A stretch of 64,000 bases of DNA from an uncultured Nitrospinota bacterium. Its GTDB lineage: Bacteria; Tectomicrobia; Entotheonellia; J063; CAVPRW01. Below are positions 20,521-29,807 of the stretch, one piece after another (positions within the stretch are counted from its first letter, which is position 1; each line of letters begins with the position of its first letter). The notes under the pieces were generated by a model. It made no database searches and had not been told where the DNA came from. It was given only the letters and a program-made list of their open reading frames with translations. The stretch spans positions 64,001-128,000 of the forward strand of contig CAVPRW010000025.1 of NCBI GenBank assembly GCA_963707985.1, given 5' to 3'. Both the position numbers and the translations under genes were made by a program.

Positions 20521-21435
20521 TCACCTAATGCGTACCTGCGGGTTGAGATAGAGGTAAAGCAAATCCACCAGAAAATTCACCACTACAATGATCAGGGAAA
20601 GCATCATCACACCCGCCTGCACGACAGGAAAGTCAAGCTGGCCGATAGCCCGAAAGATCAGACGCCCGGTACCGGGGATGGCGAAGACCGTCTCGGTCAC
20701 CAAAGCTCCCCCCAGGAGGACACCAAATTGCAGGCCGATCACGGTCACAATGGGGATGGCGGCATTCTTCAGGGCGTGTTTCGCAATGACCAGCCATTCG
20801 TCCAATCCCTTGGCCCGCGCCGTCTGGACATAGTCGAGTCCCAAGACTTCAAGCATGGCGGAGCGCGACATGCGCAAGAACAACGGTGCCTGAAAAGTCC
20901 CAAGCGTTACGGTGGGGAGCACTGTCGCCTGCCATGAGTCCCAACCGGACACCGGGAGGAGCTTGAGACCGACAGCAAATAGCAAAATCAGCATGATCCC
21001 TGTCCAAAAGACCGGCATCGACTGCCCAAGCAGCACGGCCACGGTGGCAACATGATCATACACCGAGTAGCGTTTAACGGCAGTGAAAATCCCCGCCGGG
21101 ATCGCGATGACTACCGCGAGCAGCATGGCCAGTAGCGTCAGCAGGAGCGTCGTTGGCATGCGCTCGAAAACCAGCGCCAGGGCTGGCGAGCGATGGTAAA
21201 GCGATTGCCCGAAATCTCCCTGCATGGCTCGCACCATGAAGGAGCCATATTGCACGAGCAAAGGGCGGTTGAAGCCCATTGCCTCACGCAAGAGAGCGCG
21301 GTCAGCCTCGGTAGCTTCGGGCAATATCGCAGCTACGGGATCCCCCGAGAGATGCATGAGCAAGAAGGTGATGAGCGAGATCCCAAAGCAGATGACCATG
21401 AGCCGCAGCATGCGCCGCAATAGGATCGCCGTCAT
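20521..21435 (-). CDS. ABC transporter permease (DppB/OppB type)
   Basis: DYVQTARAKGL, HALKNA, TETVFAIPG. Confidence 0.93.
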   Translation of the reverse strand: MTAILLRRMLRLMVICFGISLITFLLMHLSGDPVAAILPEATEADRALLREAMGFNRPLLVQYGSFMVRAMQGDFGQSLYHRSPALALVFERMPTTLLLTLLAMLLAVVIAIPAGIFTAVKRYSVYDHVATVAVLLGQSMPVFWTGIMLILLFAVGLKLLPVSGWDSWQATVLPTVTLGTFQAPLFLRMSRSAMLEVLGLDYVQTARAKGLDEWLVIAKHALKNAAIPIVTVIGLQFGVLLGGALVTETVFAIPGTGRLIFRAIGQLDFPVVQAGVMMLSLIIVVVNFLVDLLYLYLNPQVRIR

Positions 21436-21462
21436 GCGAGGCCCCAGTTATGAGCCATGCCC

Positions 21463-23022
21463 CTACTTTCTCAATTTCGCGTCGTAGACCCAAACCCATT
21501 CGTCGCCACGCGCCTCATACACTACGCGCTTGCTGATCCCCAACATATCATACTGATGATACAGGAAGATGCTGGGGGCTTCCTCCTGAATCAGCCGTTG
21601 GATCTTCGCGTAGCTCGTTAGACGTTTGTCTCGATCGACCGTCGAGCGCGCTTCGTCGATCAACTGATCCAGCCCAGGCACGCGGGCATACCATTTTCCA
21701 ACCCAGCCACCGGATTCCGTATGGTAGAGCGGATGTAGGATCGCATCGGCGTCGAACGTTGAATAGTACCCCCAGGTGCCAATGAAGCCATTCGTCGCCT
21801 TGCCTTCGCCCTGGAAGAACTTATCCCAGGCCGGTCCCGGATCCCACATCTTGAGGTTCGTTCGCAAGCCGACCTCCGTGAGCATCTCGGCGAGGGCTTC
21901 GGCGAGCTGACGGTTCCAGGCTGCAGCGGCCCCCGTGTGCAGTGTGATATCGACGCCGGTCGGATAGCCCGCCTGCTTGAGCAATGCTTGCGCTTTCTTG
22001 GGATCGTAGCCGTAAGCTTCGATGCTCGGGTCATAACCAAAGGCCATCGGATTGATTACGGTCGGCACAACCTGGCCCAAACCACCCATGAGCTTCTCTA
22101 TGATCGCCTGCCGATCGATGGCGTAGTTGGCAGCCTGGCGGACCAGCTTGTTGTCAAAGGGAGGATGACGCATGTCCAGAGAGACGAAGTGTGTCCGAAG
22201 AATTGGTGCGGTTGAAACATAGGTGTTGGGGTTCGCCTTGAGATCCGGCATCAGATCGGGAGGCAGGCTGCGCACAATATCGACGCCGCCCGTCTTCAGT
22301 TCGGCCACTTGTGTGGCCGTCTCGGGAATCACCCGGATGATGAAGGTCTTAATCGACGCTGGACCCCGCCAGTGCTCCTCGAAACGTTCCAACCGCAAAT
22401 ACTGATCGCGTTTCCATTCCACGAACTTATAGGGCCCAGTTCCCGACGGAGCCTGTTCCGCGAAGGCTTGCGCACCCACCTTCTCAAAATACTTCTTCGG
22501 CATGATAGGAAAGAACACCATACGCTCCAGGAGTAGTGGGAAGGGCTTATCGGTCACTAACTGCACCGTGTGCTCGTCGATGACCTTCACTTCCTTGACG
22601 GCGCGGACATTGCCGATCTGCGGCGATTTGGTCTCAGGATTGAGGACCCGCTCGAAGGTGAACTTGACGTCCTCGGCACTGAGCAGGTCGCCACTGTGGA
22701 ATTTCACGCCTTTGCGTAACTTGAACTCCCAGGTGGTATCGTCGATGGCACGCCACTCAGTCGCCAGCGAGGGCTCATATTGCAGCTTGGGGGTCTTGTG
22801 CAGCAGGGAGTCATACATGTTGATATTCATTAAGATACCCGGACGCAGGAAGTGCAAAAACGGATCCATATTATTCTGATCGCGCTCGAGGGCAAGCACG
22901 ATCCGATCCTCATCAGCAGCCCCTCCGTTGACAACCGGCATATCCATCAGCACGAGCACCAGCACGAAAAGAGCTACAGTAGCAAGAAAGCTGACGGCGT
23001 CATGGCGATTCAATTGGTACAT
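21463..23022 (-). CDS. ABC transporter substrate-binding protein, family 5
   Basis: Signal peptide, FKLRKGVKFH.G, GTGPYKF, VRQAANYAIDR. Confidence 0.93.
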   Translation of the reverse strand: MYQLNRHDAVSFLATVALFVLVLVLMDMPVVNGGAADEDRIVLALERDQNNMDPFLHFLRPGILMNINMYDSLLHKTPKLQYEPSLATEWRAIDDTTWEFKLRKGVKFHSGDLLSAEDVKFTFERVLNPETKSPQIGNVRAVKEVKVIDEHTVQLVTDKPFPLLLERMVFFPIMPKKYFEKVGAQAFAEQAPSGTGPYKFVEWKRDQYLRLERFEEHWRGPASIKTFIIRVIPETATQVAELKTGGVDIVRSLPPDLMPDLKANPNTYVSTAPILRTHFVSLDMRHPPFDNKLVRQAANYAIDRQAIIEKLMGGLGQVVPTVINPMAFGYDPSIEAYGYDPKKAQALLKQAGYPTGVDITLHTGAAAAWNRQLAEALAEMLTEVGLRTNLKMWDPGPAWDKFFQGEGKATNGFIGTWGYYSTFDADAILHPLYHTESGGWVGKWYARVPGLDQLIDEARSTVDRDKRLTSYAKIQRLIQEEAPSIFLYHQYDMLGISKRVVYEARGDEWVWVYDAKLRK

Positions 23023-23335
23023 GATGCGTTCCTTTTGCACAGATCGACACGCAATCTTCGGCTATCCTTCAGAAGCTTGATATCATTGTCCAATTCCGGA
23101 CCGCACTATAATGGATTCACCCTAAAAGCGCAACGACCTTCTCGGTCGAAAGGCTGCACCTCTGCACGGCGCGACTCCTATGGACTGATGCCCGCTCTTG
23201 AGGGAAGATGGGCCCAGAAGCGCCTCGGGGCACCGTAAAAATTCGATGCAACCTCCTCTACCGGCTGGTCAGGATCCGGTCAGACGGCAACGATAGAACT
23301 CTGCTAGCAGGCTATGGGTACGAAGGAGGCCCCGT

Positions 23336-23600
23336 ATGGACATCATCAGCACTGCCGTGCAACCTATTCGCTACCCAAAGCGTGATGGAAAGCCGATGGC
23401 CGAGACGGATATGCATATCGATGTCCTGATCTACCTGCGAGAAGCGCTGTGAAACCACTTCCGCAACGAGCCACAAGTGTACGTCGCCGGCAACATGTTG
23501 TTCTACTATGAAGAGGGGAACCCTGCGGCCTGTGTAGCGTCCGACGTGCTCGTGGTGCAGGGGGTGGCGAAGGAGGAGCAAAGGTTACCGGGTGCTGCAG
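23336..23600 (+). pseudogene. Uma2-family (DUF820) endonuclease remnant
   Basis: RBS plus MDIISTAVQPIRYPKRDGKPMAETDMHIDVLIYLREAL*NHFRNEPQVYVAGNMLFYYEEGNP...DVLVV; in-frame TGA at 23450-23452; similarity is lost after ~23590. Confidence 0.8.
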
Positions 23601-23746
23601 GGCGACCACCAGCGCATGCTCCCTGGAGACCCCAGGCGAACTCGTCAGTCACCCGCCTGCGAAGTGAGGCACGCACATAATAGATGTGCCCACGAGTCGA
23701 CGACGCATCCGAGCCGCCCCCAGGGCCGCTCGGATCGCCCCGGACA

Positions 23747-24262
23747 CTAGCGCCCCACAGCACTCACGGCCTGTTTCTGCTTGATCAAGTTCATCAGGCC
23801 ACCAGCGCTGATAATCTCTAGGATCTCAGGGGGATAAGGCTTGATCTGAAAGGTGCGGCCCGAGCGTAGATTCGTGATGGTCCCCTGTCCCAGAGATACT
23901 TCAATCCCATCCCCAGCCTGAAAATCATCGACGGCCTCGGGGACCTCAAGTGCCGGTAGCCCGATGTTGATGGCGTTACGGTAGAAGATGCGGGCAAAAC
24001 TTTTGGCGATCACGCAGGCCACGCCATTGGCTTTCAGGGCCACTGGCGCATGCTCGCGCGACGAGCCACCGCCGAAATTCTCCTCGCCGACGATGACATC
24101 TCCCGTCTGCACGGTCTTCAGAAAATTGGGATCGTAATCCTCGAAACAGTGCGGACCCAATTCCTGGGCCGTACTGAGCATCAGGTAGCGCCCCGGTAGG
24201 ATATAGTCGGTATTGATGTCACGTCCATAACGAAAAACCTTGCCTCGAATCAGCTCAGCCAT
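23747..24262 (-). CDS. 3-isopropylmalate dehydratase/homoaconitase-type small subunit (LeuD-like)
   Basis: DINTDYILP, NFGGGSSREHA, SFARIFYRNAINIG. Confidence 0.9.
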   Translation of the reverse strand: MAELIRGKVFRYGRDINTDYILPGRYLMLSTAQELGPHCFEDYDPNFLKTVQTGDVIVGEENFGGGSSREHAPVALKANGVACVIAKSFARIFYRNAINIGLPALEVPEAVDDFQAGDGIEVSLGQGTITNLRSGRTFQIKPYPPEILEIISAGGLMNLIKQKQAVSAVGR

Positions 24263-24279
24263 CGATCTCTTCTCCGATC

Positions 24280-25587
24280 TTACGAGCGCGAAAACTGGCA
24301 CAGTGCCACGTCATCCCCTGCCACTTCTCGTGGGTCGGTGATATACCCGGTTACAGCGGACGCGGCGGCGACGGCCGGCGAGCACAGAAAGGTCTCCCCC
24401 TTGGGGTCGCCGGTGCGGCCGTGGAAATTACGGTTCGAGGTGGACAACATCTTCTCGCCGGCGCCGATGACCCCGAAGTAGCCGCCAATGCAGGGACCAC
24501 ACGTGCCCTCAGCGATCGAAAAACCAGCCCGCACTAAGACTTCGATAATCCCTTCCTCCAGGGCTTTGAGCCAAATCTCATGGCTAGCAGGTATGGCGAC
24601 TCCACGCGTGCCGGGAGCCAGTTTCTTGCCTTTGAGAATCTTCGCTGCGATACGCAGGTCTTCGATTTTCGCGTTCGTACAGGAGCCGATGAAGACCTGA
24701 TCGATCTTGATCTTTTCCCGTACGGCATCGCTTACTGGATGGGTGTTGCTGGGCAGATGCGGGAAGGCGATGAGGGGTTCGAGGTTGGTCACATCCCATT
24801 CATAGACCCGGTGATAGCGAGCTCCAGGGTCGGCATCAACTGGATCGAGGGCTCGTTTGGCTCGTTTTTCTTCGTATTCCACCAACTTGGCATCGCACGG
24901 GAAGATAGCGTTCTTGGCGCCAGCCTCGATCGCCATGTTCGCCATGGTCAAGCGTCCTTCAACCGACAGGGCTGCAATGGCCTCGCCATGATATTCAAGC
25001 GCTTGGTACAGGGCCCCATCGTCACCCATCTGGTTGATCAGAAACAATACCAGGTCCTTACCCGATACCCAGGGATTTTGAGGGACGCCATGAAAGACGA
25101 CCTTAATGGTTTCCGGCACTCGGAGCCAGAGTTCGCCAGTCACCCACGCCGCGGCCAGATCGGTCGAGCCAATCCCCACCGCAAAGGTGTTGACTCCGCC
25201 ATAGGTGCAACTATGAGAATCCGCACCGAGCACCAGATCACCCGGCACGACATAGCCCTCATCCGGCAATAACGCGTGTTCGATCCCCCCCTGGCCAGCT
25301 TCGAAGTAATGCCGGACACCGAAGGCCTCGACGAACTCCCGACACGTCTTGGCCATCCGCGCCGAGGCGATGTCCTTCGCCGGCACGAAGTGGCTCATCA
25401 CGACATACAACTTGTCAGGCTCGGCGAGGCGCTCAATGCCATAATCTTTCAAGATGATAGCTGACATGGCTGTGGTAATATCGTTACTCATGACCACGTC
25501 CGGCTTGGCCGTGACCAGATCACCCGCCGACACCGAGGCTTTCCCGGACTTTCTGGCGAGTAGTTTTTCACTCATCGTCATGGGCAT
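24280..25587 (-). CDS. 3-isopropylmalate dehydratase/homoaconitase-type large subunit (LeuC-like)
   Basis: GADSHSCTYG, NMAIEAGAK, FIGSCTN, CGPCIG, STSNRNF.GR. Confidence 0.92.
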   Translation of the reverse strand: MPMTMSEKLLARKSGKASVSAGDLVTAKPDVVMSNDITTAMSAIILKDYGIERLAEPDKLYVVMSHFVPAKDIASARMAKTCREFVEAFGVRHYFEAGQGGIEHALLPDEGYVVPGDLVLGADSHSCTYGGVNTFAVGIGSTDLAAAWVTGELWLRVPETIKVVFHGVPQNPWVSGKDLVLFLINQMGDDGALYQALEYHGEAIAALSVEGRLTMANMAIEAGAKNAIFPCDAKLVEYEEKRAKRALDPVDADPGARYHRVYEWDVTNLEPLIAFPHLPSNTHPVSDAVREKIKIDQVFIGSCTNAKIEDLRIAAKILKGKKLAPGTRGVAIPASHEIWLKALEEGIIEVLVRAGFSIAEGTCGPCIGGYFGVIGAGEKMLSTSNRNFHGRTGDPKGETFLCSPAVAAASAVTGYITDPREVAGDDVALCQFSRS

Positions 25588-25687
25588 GAATATTCTCCTT
25601 CTCGTTTCAGACAATGAAACCTGCCTCACAGACAGGATCAAAACTCATCTGCCCACACCGCTTCTCCATTGGGGGCGCGCCCTAGGC

Positions 25688-26875
25688 TCATATGACCCCG
25701 GCCGTCCTCAGCTCATCGATCATCTCGTCTTGATAGCCGAGACGCTGGAGCACCTGGCGTGTATGCTGACCGAGGGTCGGGGCGGGGAGCTGCATGGCAC
25801 TGGGGGTTTGGCTCAGCTTAATGTTAAATCCCGTCATTCTGACGCGTCCAGCTACGGGGTGATCCACCTCCGTGAGCATCTCACGCGCCACTACATGCGG
25901 ATCCGTGAACACCTCCGCGTAACTGTTCACGGGACCGCAAGGAATCTCCGCAGCCTCGAGCTTCTCGAGCCAGTATCTGCCATCGTGCGTCACGGTGACA
26001 CGTTCGACGATGTCCTGCAGGAGGTGTTTGTTGGCGACGCGGTCAGCATTGGTTTTGAACTGCGGGTCGGACAGAAGCCTCTCCAACCCGATGATCTGGC
26101 AGAAGCGTTGCCAAAAATGCGCACTATCGGCGGCGATGGCGATATAGCCATCCTTGACACGGAAGGCGCCATGCGGCGCATTACGGCGATGGGTCGACCC
26201 AAGCGGGCCGGGAAGTTCGCCGCCGGCAAGAAAAGTAGCCGATTCCACCAGTGACAGGGCAATGGAGGTATCAAGTAGTGACGTGTCGACCAACTGACCC
26301 TCGCCGGTGCGCTGTCGCGCAATATAAGCACATACGATGCCAAAGGCAGCAAACATGCCGCTCCCGATGTCCGCGATGGGGACCCCAGCTTTTGCGGGTG
26401 GCATGTCGGGGTGCCCGGTGGCACTCATGATGCCGCTCATGGCCTGGGCGATGGTATCATAGCCGCCACGGTTGGCATAAGGGCCAGTCTGGCCGAAGCC
26501 GGAGATCGAGCCATAGATGAGGCGTGGGTTCAACTTTTTCACCGCCTCATAGTCAAATCCCAGGTTGGCCATGGTGCCGGGGCGGAAGTTTTCGACCAAG
26601 ACATCCGCTCGTTCGATAAGCTGGGTCAAGATTTTCTTTGCCGCTGGATGCTTGAGATTTAGCGTCAGACTCTGCTTGTTGCGATTAATGGCGAGGAACA
26701 TGGCACTCTCCCCGTTGAGATAGGGAGGGCCAAAGCCGCGGGTGTCATCGCCCCCGTCTGGCCGTTCGATTTTGATCACTTCGGCGCCCATATCCCCCAA
26801 CATCATCGTGCAATAGGGGCCGGCAAGCACGCGGGTCAGATCGACCACGGTGATCCCTGTCAGGGGTGGTGCCAT
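25688..26875 (-). CDS. CaiB/BaiF family III CoA-transferase
   Basis: VDLTRVLAGPYC, NRNKQS, VENFRPG, SISGFGQTGP, GYD. Confidence 0.93.
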   Translation of the reverse strand: MAPPLTGITVVDLTRVLAGPYCTMMLGDMGAEVIKIERPDGGDDTRGFGPPYLNGESAMFLAINRNKQSLTLNLKHPAAKKILTQLIERADVLVENFRPGTMANLGFDYEAVKKLNPRLIYGSISGFGQTGPYANRGGYDTIAQAMSGIMSATGHPDMPPAKAGVPIADIGSGMFAAFGIVCAYIARQRTGEGQLVDTSLLDTSIALSLVESATFLAGGELPGPLGSTHRRNAPHGAFRVKDGYIAIAADSAHFWQRFCQIIGLERLLSDPQFKTNADRVANKHLLQDIVERVTVTHDGRYWLEKLEAAEIPCGPVNSYAEVFTDPHVVAREMLTEVDHPVAGRVRMTGFNIKLSQTPSAMQLPAPTLGQHTRQVLQRLGYQDEMIDELRTAGVI

Positions 26876-26978
26876 CGGCAAAACTCCTTTCATGATCGGC
26901 AAATCCTCGGACGTGGATGTGGTATTCTCTAGCGTCCAGTACCAATTGTCAACCCGCTGTGCCGACGCCCCTTTTCAT

Positions 26979-27007
26979 TTGACTCCAATGGGAGAACCGC
27001 CTACATT
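26979..27007 (+). promoter_or_regulatory. Putative sigma70 promoter for the TonB-family gene
   Basis: TTGACT-17 nt-TACATT. Confidence 0.5.
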
Positions 27008-27014
27008 ACCTGGA

Positions 27015-28220
27015 ATGCAGGTGATCGTTGGCAAGAATCCATGGGTGAGATTGATGGTACGTGTCGCACCTCGCTCATATTCACCGCAGTCTCGGACCGG
27101 CTGGTTTCTTCTGTTGTCGGTGATGTTGCATCTGCTGCTCATCGTGGCCCTTAGTCTACCGCTACGGCCTTGGGAGTTGCTGCACCGGGAAGCAAAGGAG
27201 GAGAAAAGAGAGCCAATCCTCGTCTCCTTAGTGCGTCCAGAGAATACCGAAGAGCCCGCAAAAGCACAAGTCTTCGCCGAAACGTCAAGTCGTGCCCAAA
27301 CGCCAGAGGGCCCCAAGGACGATGTCTCCAGGGCAAACAGGACCATTTTGCCCAAAGAGGAACAACCACCAGCCCAGCCAACTCCCCCGCCCGAGGCGCA
27401 AGCGCCTGAACAGCCCCAGCCTCCAGTCGCGCCACCGCCGCTCCAGGCGACTCCCAAGCGCACTCCGGAGGCACCACCCAAGCGCCCACCAGCCCTCCCC
27501 CGTCGCCAAGAGCCGGCCAAACCGACGACCCAGGCCCCCGCAAAACCACCGCGTCCTCCTGCCGAGCCGCCTGAGCCAAAGCGACAGGCCAAGATTCCAG
27601 AGCCCGCTGAGCCGACTCCCCCCCACCCCGTGCAGGATCGTGCTCCTGCCGAATGGTCTGAACCGCGGCGCTTGGCCAAACTTCCGGAGCCCGCAGGGTC
27701 TTCTATGGGGCAGCTGCCACAGGAGTATGCACCCTCCGCTCGGCCGTTCGCAAACTCCCTCTCCGAGCCTGAACAGAAAGCAGTGCCTCGTCTTGGGCGT
27801 ATCCCACTGCTCAGTGGAGAAGATTTGGAAAAATATGCCCAAGTGCGCTCCTCGGACCAGCAGAGCTCCTCAGGGGGAGGAGTCTCACTCGACACCAAGG
27901 AAATCAAATATCTCTCCTATTTCGCCCACATCAAACGGCGTATCGAACAGGTCTGGACGTATCCGTCAGGTGCCATCGCCAATGGCCTGCAAGGCCAGCT
28001 GCATCTGAAATTTGTTTTGCGCAACGATGGCCAGGTGAAAACCGTTGAGCTGCTGCGCTCATCAGGGTATAAGGTGCTGGACAAGGAAGCTTGGGATGCG
28101 GTAGTGAACGGTGGACCTTTTGGGCCGTTTCCGCCCACAATTCCTGACGATGAATTGCAGATCACGGCACGGTTCACGTATGTGTTGGATGAATCGGCAC
28201 AACGCATGCGCATGCGTTGA
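27015..28220 (+). CDS. TonB-family energy transducer (TM anchor, long Pro-rich linker, TonB C-terminal domain); start uncertain (27015 or 27054)
   Basis: LSVMLHLLL (SxxxH) TM segment, Pro-rich linker, WTYPSGA...GQV..VELLRSSGYKVLDKEA. Confidence 0.88.
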   Translation: MQVIVGKNPWVRLMVRVAPRSYSPQSRTGWFLLLSVMLHLLLIVALSLPLRPWELLHREAKEEKREPILVSLVRPENTEEPAKAQVFAETSSRAQTPEGPKDDVSRANRTILPKEEQPPAQPTPPPEAQAPEQPQPPVAPPPLQATPKRTPEAPPKRPPALPRRQEPAKPTTQAPAKPPRPPAEPPEPKRQAKIPEPAEPTPPHPVQDRAPAEWSEPRRLAKLPEPAGSSMGQLPQEYAPSARPFANSLSEPEQKAVPRLGRIPLLSGEDLEKYAQVRSSDQQSSSGGGVSLDTKEIKYLSYFAHIKRRIEQVWTYPSGAIANGLQGQLHLKFVLRNDGQVKTVELLRSSGYKVLDKEAWDAVVNGGPFGPFPPTIPDDELQITARFTYVLDESAQRMRMR

Positions 28221-28519
28221 TCGCTCAGCTTTTTGGACAGCTCCACATGCACCTCTGGCGGACATTTGAGTTTCGTGGCCGTGACCTCAATGGCAACCCG
28301 TTCGTCGATTTTGGCTTTGTCGAGGTCGCAGAGGAAGGTCTGGGGCTGACCAGTCATATGCTCCAACAGCCCCTGTGGGTGGACAGCGCGCCTCAGGTTC
28401 TGCCGACCTTCAAACGCTACTATGAAGCACAAGGCTTCTCGGACCTACGATACAAGGTTCTCTGGCAGGAAGGGGGCCCTGTCGATGCCCCCTTTGCTGA
28501 GGGTTGGGAGGATCTGTAG
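28217..28519 (+). CDS. Hypothetical protein, apparently coupled to tonB
   Basis: TTG start overlaps the tonB stop; 100 aa with natural-looking composition. Confidence 0.55.
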   Translation: MIAQLFGQLHMHLWRTFEFRGRDLNGNPFVDFGFVEVAEEGLGLTSHMLQQPLWVDSAPQVLPTFKRYYEAQGFSDLRYKVLWQEGGPVDAPFAEGWEDL

Positions 28520-28626
28520 CGAGTACCGTGGTGGCTTGCTCTAGAATGCCGCGCACGCCCTGGTCTCAGGCTATATTCCCCCGAACCCCATGCGATGCCG
28601 CGGTAGGATCGCGCTGTGGGCAGGTC

Positions 28627-29190
28627 CTATAGGCCTTTGGTAAGCTTTGCCACCTGGCCCAGAATCTCCTCGGAGTCTAGCAAGTGGCTGGGCTGATCCA
28701 TAATGTGCTTATAGCGCACGACCCCCTGCTTGTCGATGAAGACATAGGCGCGCTTGGAATAACGAAAAAAGGGTGAATCGGGGTTGTCATCCATCACACC
28801 ATATTTTTTCACGATCTCCCGAGAAAAATCATCGATCAATGGATAGGTTAGCCCCAATTTTTCGGCGAAGGCTCTTTGTGCTCCGATATGATCAACACTG
28901 ACCCCCAGGACCTGGGTGTCGAGGCTTTCAAACTTCGGTAAATCGAGTTGGAAAGCCAGCGTTTCGTTCGTTCAGACGCCGCCAAATGCTCGCACGAAGA
29001 AAAACATCAAGACATTTTTCTTGCCCTGGTAATCCGACAGGCGTGTCGATTCGCCAACTGTATCGAAGGCCAGAAAATCTGGGGCTTTGTCTCCGACGTC
29101 AAGGGCTCTGATTGACATAGGCGTCAACAACATCAGGATAGAAAGGGCGATCACGATCATCGTCGGCTTGTGTATATCGTGTGGCATCAT
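28627..29190 (-). CDS. Exported AhpC/TSA (peroxiredoxin/BCP-like) selenoprotein; UGA at 28972-28974 read as Sec
   Basis: Track ORFs 28972..29271 and 28627..28857 are in the same frame with no other stop between them: VGDKAPDF...FFFVRAFGGV-U-TNE...QVLGVSVD...YPLIDD...RAYVFIDKQGVVRY. RBS GAGGAG precedes the ATG at 29190. Confidence 0.88.
28923..28957 (-). promoter_or_regulatory. Candidate bacterial SECIS hairpin
   Basis: mRNA GGCUUUC-C-AACU-CG-AUUUAC-CG-A-AGUU-U-GAAAGCC, beginning 14 nt after the UGA. Confidence 0.65.
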
Positions 29191-29711
29191 CGCAGTCTCC
29201 TCTGGTTTACTCTGAAAATGATCCCTTCGACCCAAGACGGTCCAGGCCTTCGACCGCTTCTCCACCCCCATCTGTCGGGCTCGGGCAATGATTTAATCCG
29301 GTCTTGAAAGACACGTCAATAGGTTTCTCCCATGCGCTGGAGGGTGAGCACACATGCCAGGTGACCTGTCAAGCCTGGAGGTCGACGCCATAAGATCGCA
29401 TTCTGACCCTGCTTGTGAGGTCACGACCTGCACGAAAACATCCCACTCACTGTGCTATCAATAAATTAGCAACATATGTGCCAATAGTTCTCAGAGCTCA
29501 TGAAGCTCATGAAGTGCTCCGAGAGCTGAGCTTGCGTAGCCCGGGCAGCGATAAGCCGCGGGCTCGTAGAAGGCTAGACATCATGGCGACCTCTGGCCAT
29601 TGCGGCGATGCTATCCGTGTGGCAGTGGAAGAGTCTGATTCTTGGGCAGAACTGGACGCTATGGTCAGATTTGCACAGCAGGCTGAAAATGTCCATCCGT
29701 CCGCTATCCCC

Positions 29712-29740
29712 TTGACATGCAGGGCACTCCTGGATACTCT
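29712..29740 (+). promoter_or_regulatory. Putative sigma70 promoter
   Basis: TTGACA-17 nt-TACTCT upstream of the 892-aa ORF. Confidence 0.55.
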
Positions 29741-29807
29741 GATATCCTATTACGCATAGCCATCTCAGGCCGGACGACCAGTCATCCCGAACGTTCGAAC
29801 GGCTGTC

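Noticed and set aside
23450..23452. In-frame TGA in the Uma2-like gene as a possible second selenocysteine
   Set aside because: The position is not a catalytic Cys site (most likely CGA to TGA), there is no SECIS-like hairpin, and the gene is also truncated.
26975..27907. 310-aa Gly-rich minus-strand ORF
   Set aside because: Mirror of the Pro-rich TonB linker on the opposite strand.
29415..29759. 114-aa plus-strand ORF
   Set aside because: No RBS or motif, and it overlaps the predicted promoter of the next gene.
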